From positions 2,251,331 to 2,315,330 of the forward strand of contig CAJINV010000011.1 of the NCBI GenBank assembly GCA_905178155.1: a stretch of 64,000 nucleotides of DNA. The letters run 5' to 3'. A program made the translations under genes and the position numbers. Below the pieces are notes generated by a model. That model was not told where the DNA came from and made no database searches. It saw only the letters and a program-made list of their open reading frames with translations. The DNA is from Amoebophrya sp. A120 (Eukaryota; Protista; Dinoflagellata). Of this stretch, positions 48,301-60,300 are shown in pieces. Every line of letters begins with the position of its first letter. Within the stretch, counting starts at the first letter, position 1.

Positions 48301-51300
48301 TAGCCATCAAGTTTGCTCCGGTCGTGGCGCATTTCCTGCAGCTTCCCAGAAGGAAGAAAGACCCCCGCCGTCGCAAGCGGCCGAAGTAGAAAATGAAGAA
48401 CAAAAAGAAGTTTATCTTGATGCCATGGAGGTGGAGGAAGGTGGTGATTTGGCTCTCCAGCATGATCTTCATGGAGCACCAGACATCGAAGACGCTGTGC
48501 AGCACGTGGAGCCACATTCAGCGGCAAAGGTCGACGTAGAATCGGAAAAAGAAGAAGACCCCGACCAAAATGATCTTCGACATCATCAAAATGCAGTTAC
48601 CAGAGCCGGCCTCATTCCATCCCAACAGCCCGGTGCATCTTCTTCGTCGCAGCGAGCCGATGTTTTATTCGCGGCCTCAATTCATCGCGGAGATCCGAAT
48701 AATCGCCGGTTGCCGTCCGCTTCCGTCGGTACCAGCCAAGGAACTGCTCTTTTACCGGCGTCGGCTTACACACCGTTTGCGCAAGAGATAGGAGAGGAGG
48801 AGGAGGATGATTTTGGCGGCGCAGGAGTTCTTGCGGAACAAGCTCAACATGAACATGAACAACTACCCGCTTCAGGAAATGTTGTTCCGGTTACCATTTT
48901 CGAAACGGAAGAAATTCCAGAGTCTGGCGAGGTTTTTCTACGAAACGAAGAGGACGAAGCTGGCTTGCCGTCGGAGAAAAGAGCGGACGCAGGGCCTCCA
49001 GAAGCTGTTTTCGAGGATGGGAAAAGTGCAGAAAGCAACGTCGCGGATTTTGAAGCTTCTGTGGTCCTTGTACGAAACCAACGAGAAGTTGTTTCTTCCG
49101 GCGCTTCATTGCCACAGAGCGGCGATGCACGCCCGGTCATCTTCCCGATGGACCTGGAAGGACAGGAACAGAAATTGGTGCCGGAAACTAGACGTCAGAA
49201 TGACGCACTCGAGGAAATGGAGGAACATGATATTGAAGACCCGGAGAAGCAGAGTGGCTCTGGTGCTCGCGGTGAAATGAATCGCGAGGGTCGTGGCACA
49301 GAGGATGGCGAAAATGTTGAAGCAGGAGAGCAATCGCATTTGCGCAGCATAGCTGCTGCAAAAGATCAAATATCTGCCGGTGCTCCCGGTGCGGCGGAAA
49401 CGCCGGCTTCATTTGTTCCTGATGGCGATATTGACTTTGAGGAGCGAAGGAAAAACTACCTGTTGGAGCAGGAAGGGCAGCGTGGACAACAACATCCTCC
49501 AGTTTTCGCGTTTTATCCCGAAGACAGAGACGAGAAGGACGAGGACAAGTCAGATGAAAAAATGCAGGAACAAAAAGCAAACGAGCAAGAAAACGATCTT
49601 GACAATGCGGGTGCGCAAACCGCCGTTTTTCCTCCCTCCGAGTACGACAACCTCGCAACGGACCTCGCGCAACAGCCGGGATATGCATGGCAAAAGTATC
49701 GTACTCGTACGAATCTCATACTCATTCATGCATCACAATCGTGGCTTTCTACGTCTACCTGAATCCGCATGACAAGTGCCACTTTTCCTGTTGAGAAAAT
49801 TTGTCATGCGATTCATACTAGTACACCTACACGTACGGCACCTTTGCAATGCATATGGGAGCTCCTCCGGAAACTATGTCATTTCCCAGCGAATTGTTGC
49901 ACTCGACGAACTATGGTAATAACAGAAGTTCACCACTTCTCGAAGGTCCATTCGCGGGTGCAGCGCGGCCATCTTCTGCAGAAGTGTCTTCTCAGCAACA
50001 GGGGGTTCGTGGTCCACCACTCGATGCTCCAGCACCATCCTCGGTGCCGGAAAGACTTCTGCGTCCAAGTGACCTGATGCCGAGCAGTAGTGGCGCGACG
50101 GGGAGCGGGGGTAAGAAGTTGGGTGATGTTTCTAGTTCGCAGGCGGTTCTTAACACCAGCCATCCACGCCGTGCGGGTTTTGCCGAAACGCCAAGGCTGC
50201 CGTCCGGATTGTTCGACTCGTCGGAGCAGATTGATGATGTCCAGGATGAACAGCAAAACCTACAGCCATTGTCGCCCGATGTTGCCCCCGCTTTCTTTGA
50301 GAAAAATATTAGCGAGAAGAAAGAAGGGCAAGGAGATGATGAAATCATACTGAAGGAAGACGAAGAGGAGGTGATTGTCAAGTACACACGCAAACAGTAC
50401 GAGGAAATGAAACGGAAACAAGGTGCGCCCGGTGCTGGATCTTCAAAAGTTAGCAGCGGGGGGGACAACTCCTCGTCTTCGTTGTCGTCGTCCCGAAGTA
50501 GCAGGAGGCCTCCAAACAGCGCACAAAACCGCAGAGAAATTTTATCGCAGCGGCAACGTGGCGGTGACCAGCAGCAGATCAAGAGCGAGGAAGTAGAGGA
50601 CGAAGAGGGTGCTGCTCGCAGTGAAGTAAATGGTCTTCTTGATAGGGAACAATCCCCTGCTCCAGGTCGTGGTCTTTCGTGGGAACAAGATAGTACAAAA
50701 AACGCACGACCTCCTCCAGAGGACCTTCTGAAGGGCAAGCTACTAGCGGCCGCAGTAACTAGCTCCTCCTCCCAGGCGGCCGTGGCTGCATCTTCTTCCA
50801 GGGCGGAAAGGCAAGATGAAAACGCCATTCCTTTAGGTGCACGAGGACCTCCGCCGGATGATGAAGGTAGTGAAGTAGACGCAGCGGCAGTAGAACAAGT
50901 TGTAGGAGAAGAGAGCAGACAATTGGTACACCTAGCTGCCGAAGGACAAGCTGCTGCCTCGCACTCGCCTGTGAAGAACGCCGCTGGGCCGCGTCTCGGC
51001 AACCCTATGAGACGCAATCCCAACGCGGAGCAGAGCAGTCGTGCTGCGTTGCCGAATGCAAGGTTTCGGAAGCTCCCCTATGAAAGGATTCTTCCAACTA
51101 CATCTAGTGCGACAACAGGTCCTCGTGGCTTTCCGACGACATCCGCTCCCTCTGCGGGTGGCGGTTTTCTTGCTGGTGTAGTAGAAGGAGCATCTGTAGT
51201 ACAAGAAGAACAAGATGGGACGAACTTGGTTGGCGAGCAGGAGTTCTTAGCAGCAAAGCAGCAACAGCAAATCGACGAAGGCCACATGATGCAGGTGGGC

Positions 51301-54300
51301 TTTCTAAATGTGCGAGCAAATAACGCTGCTTCGTCTGCTGGTGCACCAGCTGCACCGTCCAGCATGAGACCACCCAGGATCGGCGCTTCATCCTCTTCTT
51401 CGTCTGCTGCCTTTGGTTCATCGAAAAATGCTTTTCTCGCCGACGCAGTAGAGGCGCACAATATCATGACGAGGAAACAACAACTACAAGCCAATGACAC
51501 CAAGAAGAAAAGCAGCAAGCAGGCTGCACTATCACAAGTGGTAAAAATCTCCAAAGAAGATCTAGCTATTGCGGCAGGTGATCTAGTAGGCCAGCAGCAA
51601 CTTCCACCACCCAAGGGTACTGGCAGGGACGTAGCAAATAAGGGGAAGATGGTCGTGCAAAATCAAGGCCGAAATAGAAATCAGCGGTCGAACAAAAATA
51701 AGATGAGCCTCCACGAGCAAAGTGAAGAAGAATTCTCCGGAATGGACGACATGATGGTACTTGAGAACAAATTTGCCCCGCAGATGGGCAATAATTTCAC
51801 AGAAAACCACGCCGCGAAACAGGTTTTGCAAGGCCAAGGGGGCCAAACCTCTTCGCTCCTGAGCGATCCGTTCAACACAACCGATCTGGTTCTCGGGAAC
51901 AGTCCAGCTCCTGGGGGTGCAGCTTCGAGTCGACAGCGAGTGGCAACACAACCAGACCCAAATCTCGAAGACAATAATTCGACATTGGTTTTTGATCGCG
52001 GAGGAGCCTCGTCGTTTTCTAAAAAACGTGCTCTTGGACAAGGTGAACAGGATCAGGATTTGTACGGTGACGATATGTACGACGACGATATCTACGATTA
52101 CGACGACGATTTTGAACAAGCTCAACGGGTCGTGAAAAATTCTGTTCCGGCACAGAACCTCAAAAGGCAGAAACAGGGCCCCCGTGGAGGTCGGAATGGA
52201 GCTGCTGCCAAAAAGAGCAGGTATGACCACAACAAACTGCAGCTGGCGGCAGACATACGAGAAGCGTTTGGTGGTGCAGGCGATGAAGATGAAAGTGATG
52301 AACTGAACGCCAATGGCAATGCGGACCATTTCTACAACTACAACGAGGGTCTTTCGGCAGAGGACCTGTTTGCTCCGAATCGAGACCTTCTCGGAGCAGC
52401 AGCTGGAGGTCGAAGTAATAGGAGCAACAAGCGACCCCCGCAGCAACAAATAAATTTGAATGATCAAGACCAGGAGGACGAGGATCTGAATCTGTACTGT
52501 CCCCCCGCAGGTAATATCAAGGCGAAAGCGGCAGCGCCAAAGCAAGCTGCAGCAGGAAGGGAAGCCGTGAGAAATGCTGGCGCAGCTGCTGCACCTGCGG
52601 CCGCGGGCGGTGCCGCGCCGCAAGATCTCAACGGGCCCACGCTGCACGAAAACATGATTTGGCTGAGTCGTCACGACGAGAAGATCGCCTGCAAAAAATG
52701 CCTGTCTGACGACCCGAACAGCAAATTTGCGCATGGGTACCCGAAGGCCGCGCACACCTGGGACCACGGCTGCCAGAAGTTTTACGATCACGTCCACGGC
52801 ACGAATTACCATGGCGCCAAGCCCCCGTGGAGCACGCGGGCCCAGCGGTGCGATTTCTGCAAAAACAAGGCGAAAGTGGATCTGGACCAGGCCAAGCTGG
52901 CGCGGGCCCGACTGGACCGGCGCATTCAGGCGGCAAAGCAGATGCGGCAACTGCACTGGAGCCCCGCAGGACAATTGGTCGTGAGAGGGGGCGATGCAGG
53001 AGTTGGGGCTCGCCCTGCCGGTCAACAACATCCACCTGCAGGTCCTCGCGGCGGTGCTAGATCAGGAAAGGCAGCTGCTGTCCAGGCGTTTGCGAAGGCC
53101 GCAAGCTCTTCGTCTTCCTTTAACAATCTGCTGCAGCGGCAACAGAGATCTCCGGCACCGCTACAGCAGGAATCAGCCAGTCCGGCACACATGAATCCCA
53201 ATGCCCAGCATGGTCGTGGCCAGAATAGCTCCAAAGCTCCAAACGCTTTTAAAAGCCTGTTCGGTCCGCAATCCCACGCTTCTGGTCCTTTCGCAAATAC
53301 AGGGAATATTAAAGATGCGAAATCGAGTCCGTTGATGGTCCCTCGGAGAGCACCGGGCAGGGCGGGATGGGAGAGCTCGCTCGCACCAGCAAGGCAACAG
53401 CAAGATGTTCTGGATGGAGCGTCTGCTCCAGTAGATCTGCAGCAAGTGCGAGATGACGAACCGCAGGGCGGAGCAACCAGTAGCCGGCTCGCCTCTGTCG
53501 AGCTTCAGCGACGCCAACTACTGCAGAAGCAGCAACGCCAGGCGGATCAAGCTGGCCTTCTCTTGCAGCCAGCATCGTCCTCGTCTTCTTCTTCCAAGCT
53601 ACCCGAGACGAGAACCAACCTCCAGCAGACGATCAATCAGAAAAGCTCTTCCTCCTCCTCATCCGCGTTCTTGCTCGGTCGTGTGAATAAAAGCAATAAG
53701 AACCAACTACCTTCGGGCAACATGGGTGGACCGGCACTCAAACTCGGGAATCAAGCTGGAATATCCAACATCGACCCAATTGAGGACTTTGGCGCGATTT
53801 CCGAGGACCCGATTGAAAGTTTTGGAAACAGTAGCGAAGACTCTTTTCTCGCGGATCCCCACATGCGCAACGACCCGAACGCGATTTTCGTGGATGCGAA
53901 GACGGACAAAATTGCGGCTGCGATCAAGAAGGGCGAGAAGGAGGGAATAAACATGATGATTTCTGCAAAGGCCGCTGCCGGTACAACCACCAGTGCCAAG
54001 GAACAGGACGGGAAGTCGAACAACAAGAAAAGACCGGCAAGTGGTGCTGGTGGTCGACAGGAGAAAGTAGAGTGGAACAAAGATGAGGTGGATCAAAAAT
54101 CTGGGGATGGAGGTCCGCGTGAACAAGACGAGAAGCGAGTCCCATCATCCAATGGCGAGGATCAGGATGACGACGAGGACGTGGAGGAATCCAGTGGGAT
54201 CAAGCGCCCGAAGCTGGAGGAATCGCTCATCGGGGAGCATTATCAAATGTAAGGATGTCTGGGTCTGGAAACTTGTGATGCTGGGTGGCGTCTCATGATG

Positions 54301-57300
54301 AGGCCACAAATGCTGGCTCGGCATGACAAGTTTCTGAGATTATAGGTGTTGCCTATTCTGCAGGACAGCATCACAGAAAAATGGAGCTCTTGGGTAACGT
54401 GCATGACAGATTTAAGCGTCATGCCAGACAAGCATGACAAACATGCACCATTCTTTCAGACCCAGACATTTTTACATTTGATAAGCATGGACAGCAGCTG
54501 CTCTGTGACAGCTCGGCCGCGCCGTCGGAGGTGGGGAATTATGTGGCGGACGTGATCGAGAAAAGCGAAGGCAAACAAGAACGGCAGCGAGGAGTTGATA
54601 TGACATTTTCAACAAACTTGCTCATGAAGATGAACAACAAGATGAAGACTGTGAGTGAAGATGTCGTGGAGCTACAGTTAGACCAAGAGCAGCAGCAGCT
54701 ACAGCAGGATGAGCAGGAGCTTCTGCACGAGGAGCCCAAATCCCCTCCTGGTCCAGGTGCTGGCAAAGAGCCAGAACGACAGGGCATAATGCAGCCCGTG
54801 CGTGACAAAGACAATAATTTCCAGAAAGAACAACAGCAGCGAGAACGAGCCGCGTTTGCTGCTTTGCTTGACGACCAAAAGCGTGATATTGTCGATCAGG
54901 ACATCATGGTGGAAGGCACTCCACGGTCAGGGCGCAAATCGTCCGCGCCAGCAGCTTCCTCGCGCAAGGTGACCGAAGAGCTCGAGGACGAGGACGAAGA
55001 TGCTTTGGATCAGCATCTTTATCCTGCGAGCACACCTGATCATAATTCATCTTCCGCAAAAGAGGGACAACTTCTCGATGGTGCAGATGAAGCAGAAAAA
55101 AACGTCGACCGCGTTGCCGCCCCAGACGACATACACGACGGCGGCGAAGACGGAGAAGGAGCAACACCTGGCAGTTGCGTCGAGTTTGGAGAAGAAGGTG
55201 TACAGGAAGAGGACCAAGGGAAGCTCCCCGTAGCGGGAGTTGTCAACGAAGAGGAAAACGAAATCGAGCCCCCGGTCCTCCCACACTCTCCTGCTCAAGT
55301 AGAGGACCACGCCTCGTCTTCCCAAATTTTTCACTCCGCACTAGAGATCTCCGCGTCGGAGGAAGGCCGAGAAGATAATGAGAACGGGAACAGCCGTGCA
55401 AGCGTAGCTGCGAATCATGATGTGCAACCGCTACAACAACTTCGTGACGATATGCAAAATAGTGGTGTGCAGCACCAGGAGTTCCTTCCTGATATCCCAG
55501 AACATCCTGCCACTGTCCGTGATCAAGCTCCGGTTGATAGTCCGGCCGCTAGGCCGCCCTTATCATCCGGAGAGCGTGAAGTAAACGTGAGCCAGGCAGT
55601 TGACGGAAGTGAGAAGGACGCGGAGCTTGGTCCCCGAATCGTCCTTTGTAGTTCGCCAAGTCGAAACCCGCCGCCCCCTGGGCAACCGTCCCCAGGGCGG
55701 ATAGAACAACAGGTAGCGGAGCAAGACGGCAGGAGGGACGGAAGAGAAAACGTACTGCAGCTGGACGAGCAGGCTTCTTCACGTGGCGGAGAACAAGAAG
55801 GCCAAGAAGTCGAAGGAAGCAACAACGGCATCAACAAACCTGTTGACAACTCTTCGGTGTCGCCACAGCAAGGAGCGATGCGCGACGATTTCGCTTCCAG
55901 CGCCCCTCCCAGCGGCCCTCGTCGACGTACCAGCGGGAAACCTCGTCGTTCGAGTGACAACGACTTTTGTCCTGCGGCGCAAAATGTAGATTCAGAAGAG
56001 CGGGTCTTGGCGCCGGCGGAACATGAAGAAAACGAAGTACAACAGCACGACAGCTGTGCAGCTTCTTCCCCAAGTGGCACTCGTGGCGCGGGAGAGAACA
56101 AGAACAACCCTCCTGCTCAGAAGGTGGCACCAGGGCACAAGGACAACCCTGCTGCAGATGATGATGATGATGATGCCGTCGTGCAGGCCGGGAGACTTTT
56201 TAATCATAATCTTGCGGTCGATGCTCATGTTGGTGAAGGCCAAAAATCGCAGCAACTGCAAAAGCACGAGAGAGTTGAAGAATCAGAAGCACCAAACCAG
56301 GATGAAGTTGTGATGAGGTACAAAAATCTAAATCCTAGCGAAGACGAAGCTCCGTCGCCAGTAGTAGCTGCACAAGTAGGGGAGAACCAGATGCAGATTG
56401 CAGATTCCGGAGAACAACTCGAAAGTGCTCATTCCAGCCCGTTATCCGAACGTGTTCAGCGCCGGGCTGTCGACGAACTCATGGAAGATGCGCGGCGCGG
56501 TGAATTTCGTGACTCTTCGTCGTCGTCCCCTGCGGCTGGTTCTGAAATAAATCAGCAGCTACGAGGACAAATGGGAGAGGCAGCAGCTGTAGAGCCACCG
56601 GCAGGTCTGCTCGATGAGGTAGTCCAGCACAACACCGGTGGAATATCAAGTAGAGGAGCCACGTCGGAACAGAGAGAAGTTTTACAAGAACCGGCAGAAG
56701 ACGTTGAGATGAAGGACGTCGAGATGAAGGACAATAGTGAAGCAAACTACGAAGAACCAGGCGTGCTAGAGCAGGACGGCGGCGCTCTTAGCCCAGCTGC
56801 ACACGAAGTTCTTGTACCAGCTCCGGCTGTATTAGTTGACGAAGAGCAGCCCTCCACCGCTGCTGCGCTTGTTCTCGCAGGCGAAGCGGTAGCAAATGAA
56901 CGCAGTACATCAACCAAGGCCGGTGTTGCTGTAGTATCTGCGGAAGAGGTGCAGGAGGAAATTTTGCTAGACGAGGACGCGCGGCTCATGGGCATAGCGA
57001 ACGGGGAAGAGGCTGACATCGCTTGCTCGCAGCCCAGCGCCCGGATGAGTTGCGAAGACGAGCCGAAAGTAGCCACGCCGCTGCATGTGCCCGATCAGAA
57101 TGGTCTAGAAGAGGATGACTGCTCGGAAGAGGAACTGGTGCAGCAAGTCGGAAGAAACTTTCTCTCTGGCAACATCAAGGTGCAACGGCACGACTACACA
57201 GAGCGCACCGCAGCGGCTGCATCGTGCTCGACGTCCCACAAGAGACCAGCTGCTGTCGTGTCCACATCGGGAATAATTTCGCCAAAACTCGAACGGTTGC

Positions 57301-60300
57301 GAGATGTTGTAGTAGTTGAAGAGCTGCAAGAGCAGCCCGCGGCCCTTGGAACAAACAAGGCGGACTTCGCTATTGCGATGGACGCGGTGGTGATCAATGA
57401 TCACGTCGAAAATAAAGCAAGTCCGCCTGTGATGGTTTCGGGTGGCATGGAATTTCTCGAGGCGCGGCGGGACCGGAAGTTGCAGTATTTGAGTCAGCCA
57501 GCCAAGTTCAGTACTACTTCTGGTGTACCACACTCCTCTGCACCAGTAGGAGTAGCGAACAAGAAGCACATCAGGAGAGCCACTTCTACACTTGCTCCAA
57601 TGCCTGTTGCACAACCAAAGGACGGCCTGCTCTCGTCTTCCTCCGCATCTTCGTCGCCGTCCTCGTCAAATTCTTCCGCGTCCTCGTCTCCGTGGGAAGA
57701 ACAGGAGGCTTCCTCTCATCTGTCAGCTGGCTCCTCGTCGTCGTCCTCGGGTGGAGCAAGTAGAAGTAGAACTTCGTGTAACTACAAAAGCGATCCTCGT
57801 GTTTCCACCGTGAGGCGGCGGCGACTGAATAGGGCGTCACTTTTGCAACAGGGTATGCACAAGCACCAATACAAATATCGATATGTGGATGATCCTGAGT
57901 ACGGTGATGATGAAATAGAAATTACTGAATCGTACGAATTTTGTGGCCTTCTGGAGGACCCATCACTGTACGACATTGCCGAGGAAACGTACTCCGACGA
58001 GGAGGATGAGGAGGAGGTTGGAGTAGATTGTGGTCTCGACCACGTCGTGCAGCAGGGCGACTTCGAGTCCAAGATGATGACCAACATCGCCTCCATACCA
58101 GCACCCGGAGCTGGTTCATCTTGTAGTGCCAAAGGAGTAGATGCTGATGGAGAGAGCTTACGAGGTGGAGGACCCGAAGGGGTTCAAGAAGGGAAGGCAC
58201 CCGACGACGTCCAGGAACAATTACAGGCTGGATGCAGTAGCATAATAGCCAAAAATGATGAAGAAAAGCACAACAAGCTTGCGCTTCGTCATGCGGCCCT
58301 GCCTAGCGACCGCGAGGTGGACCTCCGCGTGGACGCCAAGAAGCTGCAAGAAGTCTCAGGAGAGCGACGACCACAGGAGGCGCGCGCCCAGTCCACCTCT
58401 CGACGCACTTTGCGGCGGCAGCAACGGCGAGAGGAACGGGAGCGCCAAAGGGTAAAACGGGAGATAAACCGGGATAGGATAGAGCGGCACAAGGAGACCC
58501 GGCGGCGGCGCGACGTCTACGAACTAGCGGTCCTGGCGGAGCGGGAGCGCGCCAAGCAGATAGGCATTGCAAAAGAAGCATCGTTGTATTAATCGCATGA
58601 CAAATTGAAATTTTAGCAACAAGAAAATTGGCATCATTTGTCATGCTGATTTAGGTAGAAAACCAGACTTGGCATGCATGACTAGGATGATTAGTGAAGT
58701 GCGAGACGAGTACGGTGCTTTTGCAATGCATAGCAGAGCTTTTTCGACGATTATGAGCGAGAGCGGGCAAGGGTGATCGGCAGCCTCGATCCCGTTTGGC
58801 GGACGCAACTGTTGACCACACCGGGCTCCGTTTTTTGGAACGATCTTCTCGTGCCAAAATGTGGCTTTGCAGACAAGTACCGGGTTGTCGAGGGGTGCCA
58901 AGGTGTGGCTTTCGGACGAGAGCTCGTCGACATCCGAGACGTGAAGGCGCTCCCGCCGCGAATGCTTCTGCGAATCGAATGCAATTTTTGGATATCCATT
59001 GCAAATATGTCTGGGTGGTCCTCTGGAAGACGAAGAATGCGCGATTTCTCATGCTCAGCTAGCATGAGTGCTCTCAAGCCTGTCATGCACGTCACCCAGA
59101 AGGAGCCTTTCTTTTCTGTCATTCAAAAACGCAGTTTCTCATACAGAAAAGACAACACCTAGCACCTCACAAACTAGGCAATGTGCTGGAGCGTCAATTG
59201 TGGCGTCCTCGTCAAGATTCGCCAACCAGCATCACAAGTTTCCAAACCAAGACGTATTTGCAGTTGATAGAAAAAGGCAGACGAGCGCGAGAAAAAAGGG
59301 TGGAAGAGAAGTGGCTGCTGGCAGCCGGAGCAGAATTTTTGTGTTATCCTGTGCAAAAGTAATATCGCGCTCGTGCTACCCCTACCCATTTTCATTTTCT
59401 ACCTTGCAGTCAAGGTCGTGCAAGAGCTTCTACGTGACGACACAAGAACTGACTCATTAAGTAGGTCGGTCGACCGGATGAACCGGCGATAAAGTACCGT
59501 TTTACATGTGGAGCTTGGTAATAGAACGTTTGCACTTGGTCTCGCGTTTATCTGGAAAAGCAAAAGACGGTTCGGCGAGAAAAAAAAAAATTGTGTAGAA
59601 ATGGCAACAGTAGGAGCACAGTGCGTTATTCTTTGCAACTTTGATACAGAACAACGGGGCCGCGGCATCATCCCACCTACCCCGAGAACAAGGTCGAGCC
59701 GGGGCGACCCAGTCGAATATCAAAGAAGACCCGGCACTACTACAAGAAGAACTACACGAGCAGCAGTTTGTGCGCGGGTGGCACAATGATGAAGTGGTCC
59801 AGCGGACGACAGATGGTCGGCTTTGGCGGATCAGGAAAACAATCCCGGCGAGGGATGGATGCGCGAAGCCAACCACTGAGTTGCTAGCACAGCGGATGGT
59901 TGAGATCGAGGATGCGATTGCCCTGGAGAGACCGCAAGCCGAAGTCCGTGCCCAAAATGCACAGCACGACCGTTCACCAAAACTTTCGCAGGTCGAGAAC
60001 TACATTTCTGTCACACGCCGCGGCCAGAAAAATTTGCACCCGGACCAGGAACAAAACAAAAACTACGAGGATGAAGTTGTGATGCAGGAGCCCTCGCACG
60101 GCAGGACCAGTAACATGAACGCGGCGCAGCTCGAGAACAAGCTTGGTGAAGTAGAGATGAACGTCGTCGTTCAAGCAGATGATGAACAAGGAGGACCGGC
60201 ACCTAGTTCCCCCCTGTCCTCTTCTAGAATAAATTATTCCTTCGCGGCTCGGGCTTCCTCGCCGTACCCGCACCAAATGGCCGCAGACCGGTTTATGCAG

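Noticed and set aside
51583-53031. 482-aa minus-strand ORF and other long antisense ORFs over large exons
   Set aside because: Antisense shadows of the + strand coding sequence, without domain features.
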